Assembly: GCF_035084215.1 (NCBI RefSeq)
Contig: NC_090340.1
Coordinates: forward strand, 5,952,001 to 6,016,000
Direction: 5' to 3'
From: Heptranchias perlo
Taxonomy: Eukaryota
Length of the DNA: 64,000 nt
A program made the position numbers and the translations under genes. Below, in pieces: positions 25,023 through 38,233 of this stretch (positions are counted from its first letter, which is position 1; each line of letters opens with the position of its first letter). The notes under the pieces were generated by a model. The model had not been told where the DNA came from and did no database searches. It worked only from the letters and a program-made list of their open reading frames with translations.

Positions 25023-27096
25023 ACCCAGGAAACTCAAAATATATTAGCTCCTCGTTCTATCCAATGCAGAAATGGGCGTGTGAGTAACAGTGAGTGAGAG
25101 ATGGATGTGTGAGTAACAGTGAGTGAGAGTTTGGTGTGTGAGAACCAAGAGCCTGCTGCACCAGAGGCTGGAAATGGAGATAATGGAGCAAGAGTCCTGA
25201 AGCAGAGGAATAGACCTGTATTTCAGCAGGGCGCTGTTTGTACTGCACCATAATGGCAGGGAGGTCCCAGGTTGCATTGCTGGTCTGCTGATTTAGCTGA
25301 TCTCAGCCGGGGCAGTGTCAATTCGACTTGATGTCCCTGGGCTATTGAAGGACAGCGGTTTGCAAACGTTTCCAGCCTCTGGTGCAGCAGGCTCTTGGTT
25401 CTCGTATTTGGAGCTGTTGTATCAAGTTCAGACCCATTCAATGTGATCACTTCTTGAGGGATTATCACATTGCATGAGGGGGATAATCACACATCATATG
25501 GCGCCTCTTTTGTAACCCCGGCTTAATTCACAAAGCAATATCCTGGCACCGTGAGTCTCGGTAGAAGATCAATTAAAACTAACCGGTGATTCTGATCTCG
25601 GATTTGGTGCTCACTTTGTTTCAGCATCAACTGTTTCCGGTTCATTCTGAAATCAACTTTCTTTTTAACAGCAACACACCTGATGACAAACTGGCAGCAG
25701 CTGCTCCTGATTTCACCGACTCCAGGAAAGCATCGAATTAATGTCAATGAATCAATGCAGGGTCTGAGCTGACGGGGATTATAAAGTGGAAAGTCGATTT
25801 GAAGGGGTTCATTCTGCATTGGATAGAACGAGGAGCCAATATATTTGGAGTTTCCTGGGTAAAAGGCGCCGTTCACCCATTTGTAATTGTCTAACACACG
25901 ATCCGTGCCATTAATGGGGCAGAAAGTCAGTTTGAGGATAATCAAATCCTTCAATGTGATGGGTAGGTTAGAGTAAAGATTTTCCCGCGCCCAGAATCCA
26001 CCGGAAATCATCATAAATGAATTGTGCCAGCTTCGCGTCAGTTTCAATTGTTTTCCTCGATTTCGAGGCAGTTTCTTTGACAAAATGTAAATTATCCGTT
26101 ATTGGAGGCTGAGTAATTTCTGTTCCTACATTTGTTGAATATGAGAATGGTTTATATCAGGAATAAATGGTGCTGGGGGGCCCATGTCAGGAATGCAGAG
26201 TATTGGAGGCGTTCGGCAATGAACGTGTCTCTGCTTCTCAATATCAAACTATTTGCCCTGTATTCAAGCGCTATTTCTAAACATGGGCCCCGAACCCTGA
26301 CAGTCATTGACAGGCCTTTAAAGACTGTAACACGTGAGCGTTCGCTGCCGGTAATAAAAGGGATTAAATGAACACAGCAAATTACACTTTTATTTTCTCT
26401 TACTTTTAATTCAGGAAAAAACTGTTTTAACAAATCCCCGCATCAGACGAATAGCAATAAAATTAATGCTCATCGAAATATTAACAATACGGGGGGAATG
26501 TGAGCATGCGATGACAGCAGAATGATTCTGAGAGCATGGACAGGAGTGGAGTCCCTGCCCAGATACAGTGAGGGGCTGGAGAAATAAAGTGAGCACTGGA
26601 ATTGAACTGGCTCTGTCAGCGTGGATATACACATTTCCTGGGATAGAACTACCCGAGTTCGGCCCCACTCACATCATCAGCTGGGGACTAGTACACAGAG
26701 AACATTCTCAGTCTCCAAATGTGTGAACGGTTTTTACACTGGGAGCAATCGTGGACTGTGTTAAACAGGGACAGTTACCAAATTGGAACTGATCTCTGCG
26801 CTCACAGTTAATCGGAGGTGCTCTACATAAATATTCATAGGATCCCGTGTGTGCAGGGCATCGACACTCTGCCCTTGTAAAGTCAGCTGAACTTGGACTG
26901 AACACGGTATGATCAGTGGGGGAGAGGTCACTGTGATTGAAGAGGGAAAACACTAAGATTGAGGAGTCGAGCCGCCCTTTAGACTGATATTTACTCCACA
27001 CACTCCAGTTACCGTCCTCTAATCATTAATGGACTCATGAGTCTCGTCACTCAGGAGTTTCTGACTGATGCTTCCTGTTACCCATCTAACGAATAG

Positions 27097-28611
27097 CACA
27101 TTGCGGATGCCCTAATTATAATCTTTCAAAGTTCTCTAGATTCAAGAACTGTCCCTCTAAATAGGAAAATTGCAAAGATAACTCCGCTTTTTAAGAAGGG
27201 AGAGAGAGGGAAACCAGGGAATTATCGACCAGTTAGCCTAACATCTGTTGTGGGGAAAATGCTGGAGTCCATAATTAACGATAGGGTGACTGAACACCTC
27301 GAGAATTTTCAGTTAATCAGAGAGAGCCAGCATGGATTTGTGAAAGGTAGGTCGTGCCTGACAAACCTGATTGAATTTTTTGAAGAGTTGACTAAATTAG
27401 TGGACAGGGGAATGTCAATGGATGTTATTTATATGCACTTCCAGAAGGCATTTGACAAGGTCCCACATAAGAGACTGTTAGCTAAGATAGAAGCCCATGG
27501 AATCGAGGGAAAAGCACGGACTTGGTTAGGAAGTTGGCTGAGCGAAAGGAGACAGAGAGTAGGGATAATAGGGAGGGACTCACATTGGCAGGAAGTGACT
27601 AGTGGAGTCCCGCAGGGATCTGTCTTGGGGCCTCAATTATTCACAATATTTATTAACGACTTAGATGAAGGCATAGAAAGTCTCATATCTAAGTTTGCCG
27701 ATGACAGAAAGATTGGTGGCACTGTAAGCAGTGTAGATGAAAACATAAAATTACAAAGCGATATTGATAGATTAGGTGAATGGGCAAAACTGTGGCAAAT
27801 GGAATTCAATGTCGACAAATGTGAGGTCATCCACTTTGGATCAAAAAAGGATAGAACAGAGTACTTTCGTAATGGTAAAATGTTAAAAACAGTGGCTGTC
27901 CACAGGGACTTAGGGGTTCAGGTTCATAGATCATTGAAGTGTCATGAACAGGTGCAGAAAATAATCAATAAGGCGAACGGAATGCTGGCCTTTATATCTG
28001 GAGGAATAGAGTACAAGGGGGCAGAAGTTATGCTGCAGCTATACAAAACCCTGGTGAGACCGCACCTGGAGTATTGTGAGCAGTTCTGGGCACCACAACT
28101 TCGGAAGGACATATTGGCCTTGGAGGGAGTGCAGCGTAGGTTTATTAGAATGATACCCGGACTTCAAGGGTTAAGTTTCGAGGAGAGATTACACAAATTG
28201 GGGTTGTATTATCTGGAGTTTCGAAGGTTAAGGGGTGATCTGATCGAAGTTTATAAGATATTAAGGGGAACAGATAGGGTGGATAGAGAGAAACTATTTC
28301 CGCTGGTTGGGGATTCTAGGAGTAAGGGGCACAGTCTAAAAATTAGAGCCAGACCTTTCAGGAGCGAGATTAGAAAACATTTCTACACACAAAGGGTTGT
28401 AGAAGTTTGGAACTCTCTTCCGCAAACGGCAATTGATACCAGCTCAATTGCTAAATTTAAATCTGCGATAGATCGCTTTTTGTCAACCAAAGGTATTAAG
28501 GGATATGGGCCAAAGGCAGGTACATGGAGTTCGATTATAGATCAGCCATGATCTTATCAAATGGCGGAGCAGGCACGAGGGGCAGAATGGCCGACTCAGG
28601 TTCCTATATTC
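27097..28611 (+). mobile_element. Young 5'-truncated CR1 with open RT frame and 7-bp TSD CGAATAG
   Basis: 433-aa uninterrupted RT C-terminal ORF; CGAATAG at 27090-27096 and 28612-28618; the empty site is seen in the left arm near 7470-7490. Confidence 0.96.
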
Positions 28612-28934
28612 CGAATAGAGCAGTTTTATTAAGGGACTTGGAACTTCACAGCCGGTCCTGCGTTGTACCTTAAACCGTTTGATCAATTGAAGCTAATCAT
28701 TTGTATGCAGTTACATTGGCCCAGGGACTTATTTCCGTGTTTCCATTGAAAGTTTCTTTGCTTCCCAATTTTCCGCTGATATTTCCTTTAACGAAGACAT
28801 CTGCCCTCCCTTTTCTTCGCTCGTAGTCACTGCCCGTTCCCTATCTGGTCGCCCGTGACCGATTGCCATGTCCCATTCAGCTATAAAGGATCTCCATCCC
28901 ACAATTCCCAATTTTATATCAGGAAATAAACCAG

Positions 28935-29170
28935 CAACAGCAATTTGCATTTATATAGCGCCTTTAACGTAGTAAAACCTCCCAAAGAGCTTCACGGAAA
29001 CGTTATCAGGCAAAACTGATACCGGACCACATCAAGAGATATTAGCATATATGGACACAAGCTTGGTCAAAGAGCGACTTAAAGGAGGAGAGAGAGGTCG
29101 AGAGGCGGAGCGTTTCAGGGGGATATTCCAAAGCTGAGGGCCGAGGCAGCTGAAGGCACGGCTACCGAAA
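28935..29170 (-). mobile_element. L2 3' tail fragment
   Basis: TTGCATTTATATAGCGCCTTTAACGTAGTAAAAC tail. Confidence 0.85.
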
Positions 29171-30197
29171 GGACTTCAATAAATGCAAATAGCTGCTTGG
29201 TAACATGCCCATTAATAAATAATAAACGTAAATAAACTAAAAATTAATCTCTGCGGTCAAAGGTCACCGACTGTGCGTTCTGGTTCTTTTCTCTTTGATG
29301 TATAATTTTCTTTTTTTGCAATCAATGTGTGTTTGTACAGGTATTTTTCACCGGGCACTACTGTGTGATGTAATTCCGGGTCTTCAGTGAGCCATTCCCT
29401 CTTCCAATGATCTCCACACACTCTCATGCTTCCTACAATAGAAATCTGCACCCTTGTGTTTGTCTGACTCCCTGGAGACCCAGTACCCCTGGGACTAACA
29501 CAATCCTCGGTTGTTTTTACCAAGGAAGGTAAATGGAGTTCAGATACAATCAGTCATGATCTAATTGAATGGTGCAAGATGCTCGAGGAGCTGAATGGCC
29601 TCCTCCTCTTCCCATGTTCCGATGCCTCCTACATTTTTTCTCTCCAAAATATTTAAGGTGGGCTCAGATTCTGAATTAAATACTGGATTGATTTACAAAC
29701 ATTCAGTCAGCAGGAAACATGCAGAAAACCTTAAGATTGTATACAACGACAAAAGTCGGCCTTTTAAAGCTGCTTTCTGCTTTTGACAGCAGTGAGTGTG
29801 GGAAGTCTTTTGACCACAGTTTATAAAAAGCCCCCGCACTCACTTTCAGTTCATTTCAACAAAGACCACTTTGGTTTCCATGCTTTTGCGCTTCAGTAGT
29901 TCCCTCTCTCTTGTCTCTGCGATTAAATGCATAAATGTTTAATGTAGTCTTTGAATTGCCTGGAATGCATTGCAGATTCAGGTTGACATGGAATAATCCA
30001 TGTTGATGTTGCAAGCATGAGTGTATGTGGCCAGCTCCGACCACTTCCTTGTATTCAACACCATCCACATCCCCCTATACCCGTCAAACTCAAATTACCC
30101 CCAACGATTACACTTACACCCTTCTCTTCCATATCTACAAGATGTCCGTTGGCAACACCATCCACTGACATGAGGACAGCTTCCACGTGGACGCTGA

Positions 30198-31790
30198 CAA
30201 CAACAAAAAATTGCATTTATATGGCGCCTTTAACACGGTAAAACGTCCCAAGGCGCTTCAAATGAGCGGTATCAAACAAAATTTGACACTGAACCACATA
30301 AGGAGGTATTAGATCAGGAGACCAAAGCTTGGTCAAACAGATAGGATTTAAGGAGCATCTTCAAGGAGGAGAGAAAGGTAGAGTGGGGAGAGCTTTAGGG
30401 AGGGAATTCCAGATTTTAGGACCGAGGCAGTTGAATTGCTGCCAATTGTGGAGCGATGAAAAACGGAGATGTGCAAGAGGCCAGAATTGGAGGAGTGCAG
30501 AGATCTCGGAGGGTTGTAGGGCTGGAGGAGGTTACAGAGATAGGGAGGGGCAAGGCCATGAAAGGATTTGAAAATGAGAATTTTGAAATCGAGGTGTTCC
30601 CAGACGGGGAAACAATGCAGGTCAGCGAGCTAAGGCTGATGAGTGAACGGGGCTTGGGGTGAGTTAGAATATGGACAGCAGAGTTTTGGATCAGTTCAAG
30701 TCTATGGAGGGTGCAAGGTCGGAAGCCAGCCAGGAAATCATTGAAATCGTCGAGTCTGGAGGTGACAAACAAGAACAACAACAACTTGCATTTATATAGC
30801 GACCTTAAATTAGTAAAACGTCTAAAGGTTCTTTAGGAGGCTTATCAAACAAACATTGACACTGAGCCACGTAAGGATATATTAGGACAGGTGACCAAAA
30901 GCTTGGTCAAAGGGGTAGGTTTTAAGGAGCTTCTTAAAGGAGGGAGAGAGACAGAGAGTTGATGAAGTTTAGGCAGGGAATTCCAGAGCTTAGGCATGGA
31001 TGAGCGTTTCAGCAGCAGATGAAATGAGGCAGGGGCAGAGACCGGTCACATTATGGAGGTGGAAGTAGGTGGTCTTGGTGGTGGAGAGGGTATCGGGTCA
31101 GAAGCTCAGTTGAGGATGAAATAGGACGCCAAGTTGTGAACAGGTCGGTTCAGCCTCAAGTAGTGGAGAGGGAAAGGGATCGAGTTGGTGGCTAAGGAAT
31201 GGAGTTTGTAGCAGGGACGTCTTCTCAATATTTAATTGGTGGAAGTTTCTGCTGATCCAGTACTGGACGTCGGTCAAGCAGTGTGACAAATCAGAGGCAG
31301 TGGAAGAGTCAAGAGAGGTGGTGGTGAGGTAGAGCTGGGTGTCCTCAATTTACATGTTTCTGGATACTGCCAGCAAGGGGCAGCATGTAGATTAGAAATA
31401 GGAGGGGGCCAAGGATAGATCGTTGGGAGACACCAGAGGTAATGGTGCGGGAACGGGAAGAGAAGTCATTGCAGGTGATTCTCTGGCTACGACTGGATAG
31501 ATAGGAATGGAACCAGGCGAGCGCAGTCCCACCCAGCTGGACAATGGAGGAGAGGCATTGGACAAAGATGGTGCGGTCAACCATGTCAAAGGCCGCAAAC
31601 AGTTCGAGGAGGATGAGGAGGGATAGTTTACCACGGTCACAGCCACAAAGTACTTCATTTGACTTTGATAAGGGCTGTTTCACTTTTGTGGCAGGGCGTA
31701 AACCTGATTGGAGGGATTTAAACATAATTTTGTGGGAAAGATGGGCATGGATTTGGGAGGTGATAATACGTTTAAGGACTTTTGAGGGGA
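30198..31790 (-). mobile_element. L2 LINE with a second L2 3' fragment nested at about 30769-30993
   Basis: SLQSGLRP, LELFAAFDMVD, LELIQNSAVHIL; two L2 tails at 30198 and 30770. Confidence 0.88.
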
Positions 31791-32081
31791 AATGGACGAT
31801 TCCCAACTCTGCTTGTCCACCCAGTCTCTCCCGCCCTCCACTGCCAGTATGATGTAATATTGCTTGTTCCCAACATCCAGTCTAAGATGAGACGTAATTT
31901 CCTTGAACTAAAGACCAATGCACATTTTGCGCTACTGGCACAGATTAATTTGACCTCAGTCTCCTCCAACCTGAGACTATCACAGTACGATCACTTAGTG
32001 ATATTGGTCTTGGGTCCTAACACAAATGGGTGATCGGAAATTTGCAGACCATTTTACATGCAACCATATTTTGTTTCCCAT

Positions 32082-33182
32082 TTGGCTGGATTTTGCTCTA
32101 AATATAACGGTAAGGCTAAGTTCGTTCACCATTATTTCAGTGCAAATCAGACAGCAGCTTACGGCGACCGCACATGATCAATGAAACACTGAATTCCGGA
32201 AGTTACTATACCAGTTGCCTGCTCATCTACCAGCTTCGCGGGAAGGAGATCTCAGTGCAAGACTCATTATTTAAATGACTGCAACAGTGTGAGGTTTCTC
32301 GACTGCCCTGATAGAAATGAACTAATCCCGCCAGAAAAAGGTATGTCAAGTTTTTTTAAGACTAAGCAAGATTTAAATGGCGTGGTAAGTCTGAATGATT
32401 ATCAAACAACCACTCTGGCACTGAAAATTTACTTTTACACATGTGGAGTCTCATTCCATCACATTTTAATTGTTTTTGGACTTTTAAAAATACATATTTT
32501 TATTTATATTACTTTATCTTTCTGTCTCTTTTATCTCTGCCTTTTATTTCAATATTTCTTACTTCTCTTTATTTTGGTTTCTGTAACTGATTTTACTTTG
32601 CATTTACTGATCTAACTGACATTTCCTGCTCCTGTGTCTGCAGTGCTAATTAACATGCTTCAATCTGATTGGTTAAGGGGATACACAGCAGCTTGCCGGT
32701 TCACACAGGTTCCAGATGCCGGGGAGAGGACACCACGCTGGATTGAGGAACAAATAAGAACATAAGAACTAGGAGCAGGAGTAGGCCAATCGGCCCCTCG
32801 AGCCTGCTCCACCATTCAATAAGATCATGGCTGATCTGATCCTAACCTCAAATCTAAATTCATGTCCAATTTCCTGCCCGCTCCCAGTAACCCCTAATTC
32901 CCCTTACTTCTAGGAAACTGTCTATTTCTGTTTTAAGTTTATTTCATGATGTAGCTTCCACAGCTTCCTGGGGCAGCAAATTCCATAGACCTACCACCCT
33001 CTGAGTGAAGAAGTTTCTCCTCATCTCAGTTTTGAAAGAGCAGCCCCTTATTCTAAGATTATGCCCCCTAGTTCTAGTTTCACCCAGTGTGAGGAACTTG
33101 CAGTGCAGAAGCCCATGAAAAGTCTAATAGCACGTCCAAGACTAACCAGCGGCTGGTTCGCTGCTCAGAGCAAAATCCAAGT
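32082..33182 (+). mobile_element. Non-autonomous DNA-transposon-like element, interrupted by a CR1 3' fragment (32755-33085, - strand)
   Basis: Termini GGATTTTGCT / AGCAAAATCC; homologous over its length to 53862-54641 in reverse orientation. Confidence 0.7.
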
Positions 33183-34319
33183 AGTAGACCACATGGGGGT
33201 AGATTTTCTTCTTCACTGCCTTGACGGTAATGTGGTAAAAGGCCAATCATATGAACTTTATAGAACTGGCCTAATGTTTATTCCAATGATTTCAGTGGAA
33301 TGAATATCAGACTGGTTCTATAAAGATTGAAATCCTGCAGATTTTGCTCTGCGCTGGTCCTCCCAGCGACACTTAACATCCGATTGGTAAAGGCCAAAAC
33401 AAGCCCCATTTACTTTACCTGTTGCTAAGGAAAAGTGAATATATGGTGGGCGCTCCCACCATAAGGATATGGACATGTTGATGAACTCAGGTAAAGAAAA
33501 CTGGCCGAATGTCTCTGCAGCGCTGTGATTGAACGATGTATGAATATCAACAATGATCAAATATATAGGGAAGTGCGATTCCAACAATCGTTAAGAAATG
33601 AAAATATCTGAGAACAAGTCTTCATAACGGAAGTTGTAATTTTGGATTGGTGTTCTGGAGATTTTGCTTCATTATTTGCGGGTGTTCAGGAGAGATTTCA
33701 AATTTCGTTCTTCTTAAATGTTTTACGTGTGGTTACGCCCCATCTTTCCACGCCTCCCCCGCGGGATATTAACTAAAGGGAGAAAGTTTGCAGTGTGGCA
33801 TATTGCACACTGTGGTAATCGAACAAGTGAACTTGACGAATCAAATAGTCTTTGACTGCTCTCATTTTCCTCTGTTTGTGAGTGCAGGAATATTAATCAA
33901 TTATTGTGGAAACCACAGACTGTGATATTTACAATACAATTTTAATAAACAATAAAGTCGACATTTTCTGGTAATATAATCACGGTAGTAGTTTCCTTAA
34001 TTTAAAATGGAGAAACTTGAGTTGAAAACCGAATCTGGTGCAATGAAATGCTTAAATTTGACGGTAGAGACCAATTGAACAGGTGGGTTAACCACAAACC
34101 TGATCCCAGCGAGTCAGGAAGCTACTCTTCTTGTTAATTAACTGCAACTGGAATATGTAATAAAACGGGTTTGCTGACAACACCAATATCTGGATAATTT
34201 ACATCAGCTTTCGTTTCCAATTGAAAACACCTTAGTTTCAATAAGCCTTTGAATTTCTTGATTTTTATTGGTGTAATTCAGTAACAAGATTGGATTACAG
34301 GTAAATGACAGAAAGATGC

Positions 34320-36810
34320 AAGAACTATAGAGTAGTTATAATGGAGTCTTTAATTACCCCAATATAGACAGAGACAATGAAAATGTAAAGGGCAAAGAGG
34401 GGGAGGAATTCCTAAAATGTGTTCATGAGAACTTCCTGGAACAGAGTGTTTCCAGTGCAACCAGGAAAGAAGCGGTGCTGGATCGAGTTCTGGAGAATGA
34501 TGTGGGGCAGGTGGAGCATGTTTCAGTGGGGGAGCATTTGGGAAACAGTGAACATAATATCATTAGGTTTAGAATAGTTATGGAAAGGGACAAGGAACAA
34601 TCAGATGTGAAAATGCTTAACTCAAGGAGGGCAAATTTCAGTGAATTAAATAGGGATTTTATCCAGGTAGATTGGAATCAAATATTGGTCGGCAAAACAG
34701 TAAATTAACAATGTGACGCCTTCAAGGAGGAGTTGGTTGAGATTCAGGGTAGACACATCCCTACGAGGGGGAAAGGAAGGGAATACAAACCTGGAGCTCC
34801 CTGGATGACTAAAGATATAGAGATTAATATGAAACAGAAAAAGAAGGCTTATGTCGAATGTAAGGTTCATAATATAGTAGAAAACCAGGCTGACTACAGA
34901 ATGTACAGAGGAGACCTAAAAAAGGGAATAAGGGGGGCAAAGAGAGAGTATGAGAATAGATTGGCAGCTAACATAAAAGGGAACCCGAAAGTCTTTTATA
35001 AACATATAAATAGTAAAAGGGTAGACAAAGGAGGCATGAGACCGATTTCGGACAAAAAAATAGATCTTCTTATGGAGGCAGAGGGCACGGCTGAAGCACT
35101 AAATGAATACTTCATAAGTCTTCACTAGAGAAGAGGATGCTGTAATTGTAGCCATAAAGGAGGGGGTAGTTGCGATATTGGATAGGATAAAAATAGATAA
35201 AGAGGAGGTACTTAAAAGATTGGCAGTACTCAAAGTAGAAAAGTCATCCGGTCCAGATGGTTTGCATCCGAGGTTACTGAGGGAAGTAAGGGTGGAAATT
35301 GCGGAGGCTCTGGCCACAATCTTCCAATCCTCCTTAGATATGGAGATGTTGCCAGAGGACTGGAGGATTGCAAACGTTACAACCGTGTTCAAAAAAGGGG
35401 AGATGAATAAACCCGGCAATTACAGGCCAATCAGCCTAACGTCGGTGGTGGGGAAACTTTCAGAGGCAATAATCCGGGACAAAATTAATTGGCACTTGAA
35501 AAAGTTTAGGTTAATAAATGGAAATCAGCACGGATTTGTTAAAGGAAAATCGCGTTTGACTAACTCGATTATGTTCTTTGATGAAGTAACGTTGAGGGTT
35601 GATGAGAGTATTGTGGTTCATGTTATGTATATGGACTTTCCAAAGACATTTGATGAAGTACCCCATAATAGACTTGTTAGAAAAATTAAAGCCCATGGGA
35701 TTAAACGGACAGTGGCAACATGGATACAAAATTGGCTAGGGGATAGAAAGCAGAGAGTAGTGATGAACATTTGTTTTTCAGACTGGAGGGAAGTATACTG
35801 TGGTGTACCCGAGGGGTCAGTATTAGGACCACTACTCTTTTTGATATATATTAATGGCCTGGACTTGGGTATAGAGGGTATATTTTCCAAGTTTTCAGAT
35901 GACACGAAACTTGGAAAATGTAGTAAACAATGTGGAGGATAGCAACAGACTTCAGGAGGACATAGGTAGACTGGTGAAATGGGCAGACACATGGCAGATG
36001 ACATTTAATGCAGAGAAGTGTGAAGTGATGAATTTTGGTGGGAAGAATGAGGAGAGGCAATATAAACTAAATGGTACAATTTTCAAGGGAGTGCAGGAAC
36101 AGAGAGACCTGGGGGTCACATACATAAATCTTTGAAAGTAGCAGGACAAATTGAGGAGGCTGTTAAAAAAGTATACGGGATCCTGGGTTTATTAATAGAG
36201 ACATAGATTACAAAAGCAAGGAAATTTTACTAAACCTTTTTAAAACACTGGTTAGGCCTCAACTGGAGTATTGTGTTCAATTCTGGGCACCAGACTTTAG
36301 GAAGGATGTCAAGGCCTTAGAGAGGGTGCAGAAGTGATTTACTAGAATGGTACCAGACATGAGGGGCTTCAGTTATGTGGAGAGATTGGAGAAACTGGGT
36401 TGTTATCCTAAGAACAGAGATGATTAAGGGCAGATTTGATCGAGGTGTTCAAAATCATGACGGTTTTGACAGAATGAATAAGGAAAAACTGTTTCCAGTG
36501 GCAGAAGTGTCGGTAACCAGAGGACACAGATTTAAGGTGATCGGCAAAAGAGCCAGAGGTGACATGAGGAAATATTTCCTTATGCAGCGAGTTGTGATGA
36601 TCTGGAATGCACTGTTTGAAAGGGTGGTGGAAGCAGATTCAATCGTAACTTTCACAAGGCTATTGGATAAATACTCAAAGGGGAAAAAGTACAGGGCTAT
36701 GGGGAAAGAGCAGAGGAATTAGACTAATTGGATAGCTCTTTCCAAGTGCCAGCAGAGGCACAATGGGCCTAATGGTCTCCTCCTGTGCTGTACCTACTCT
36801 GATACTATCA
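34320..36810 (+). mobile_element. CR1 LINE, degenerate, endonuclease C-terminus to 3' tail
   Basis: GEHLGNSEHNIIRF, NYRPISLTSVVGK, GVPEGSVLGP, KFSDDTK. Confidence 0.94.
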
Positions 36811-37239
36811 TACTATGAAGACATGGAAGAATATTTTTCGCACAACGGTAGACAAAACGTCAATGCTGGACAACAATTATAAAGATTGTGAATGTATTCC
36901 CGGAAAATATTTAACGTGTTAGCCTTTTCCTTATCTTTACTCCGAAGATCTTGCTACAAATTAAAATACAAGAATAACTTGTGGTAAAATTTCAGAATGG
37001 AACTTGAGAAGTTTGGAATGACTCTCTTCGTTCCAGTGTCCGCAGCCGGGGAGCGGATGTGGAGATGTTGCATCAACAGGTACAAATTGTGTGGCGCCTT
37101 TCAGCTACCTTCTACACGGAGTGTCATTTTTAAAAACACTGATACAGGAAAATGCAAAAAATAAAATAGTTCTCTATTTCCCGAGATAGAAGCTCTCATT
37201 GATCAGCGACTTGAACAGAAGTAAATTCTATTTGCTTTT

Positions 37240-38233
37240 TTATTTTGTGATATGGGTTCCCAACACACTGTCCGGGTCCTTGAGCTCAACCTGCCCGTAC
37301 ACTGTGGTCTCCTCCTGCCCATACACTATGGTCTCCTCCTGCCCGTACACTATGGTCTCCCCCTGCCCGTACACTGTGGTCTCCTCCTGCCCGCACACTA
37401 TGGTCTCCTCCTGCCCATACAATATGGTCTCCTCCTGCCCATACACTATGGTCTCCTCCTGCCCATACAATATGGTCTCCTCCTGCCCATACACTATGGT
37501 CTCCTCCTGCCCGCACACTATGGTCTCCCCCTGCCCGTACACTGTGGTCTCCTCCTGCCCGTACACTATGGTCTCCTCCTGCCCGTACACTATGGTCTCC
37601 TTCTGCCCGTACACTATGGTCTCCTCCTGCCCATACACTATGGTCTCCTCCTGCCCGTACACTATGGTCTCCTCCTGCCCATACACTATGGTCTCCTCCT
37701 GCCCGTACACTATGGTCTCCTCCTGCCCGTACACTATGGTCTCCTCCTGCCCGTACACTATGGTCTCCTCCTGCCCATACACTATGGTCTCCTCCTGCCC
37801 GTACACTATGGTCTCCTCCTGCCCGTACACTATGGTCTCCTCCTGCCCATACACTATGGTCTCCTCCTGCCCTTACACTATGGTCTCCTCCTGCCCGTAC
37901 ACTATGGTCTCCTCCTGCCCGTACACTATGGTCTCCTCCTGCCCATACACTATGGTCTCCTCCTGCCCTTACACTATGGTCTCCTCCTGCCCGTACACTA
38001 TGGTCTCCTCCTGCCCTTACACTATGGTCTCCTCCTGCCCGTACACTATGGTCTCCTCCTGCCCATACACTATGGTCTCCTCCTGCCCGTACACTATGGT
38101 CTCCTCCTGCCCGTACACTATGGTCTCCTCCTGCCCGTACACTATGGTCTCCTTCTGCCCGTACATATTCCTTCTGACCGACGAAATCTAGAGCACGGTA
38201 TATCACTTTTTCTTCAGCTCCCATTTGCGGAAT
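37240..38233 (-). pseudogene. Cytoplasmic ITIM/ITSM exon of the inhibitory-type paralog, interrupted by a minisatellite
   Basis: ctactacag|IPQMGAEEKVIYRALDF (ITIM VIYRAL at 38189-38206). The far end reads EETTVYGQVELKDPDSVLGTHITK* in a frame shifted by 1 nt. Lies 3.3 kb downstream of the TM exon on the same strand. Confidence 0.62.
37291..38166. repeat. 24-bp minisatellite, about 36 copies (GTACACTATGGTCTCCTCCTGCCC)
   Basis: Directly visible and highly homogeneous; explains the four overlapping repetitive ORFs. Confidence 0.98.

Larger units (their letters stand above)
21880..29320 (+). repeat. Right arm of the inverted duplication (contains the intact TM exon and 3' flank)
   Basis: The same collinear blocks as the left arm, in inverted order. 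Confidence 0.85.

Noticed and set aside
24011-25097. Long His/Thr/Ser/Leu-rich ORFs
   Set aside because: Translations of a degenerate tandem repeat.
27250-28551. 433-aa ORF as a host gene
   Set aside because: CR1 reverse transcriptase fragment with TSD and near-identical copies.
33419-33476. - strand leader-like exon MSISLWWERPPYIHFSLAT G|gtaaag
   Set aside because: The phase and MSI start resemble exon 1, but it is not hydrophobic and no V exon follows; insufficient support.
37291-38166. CRISPR-like array
   Set aside because: Head-to-tail units with no unique spacers, in vertebrate DNA.
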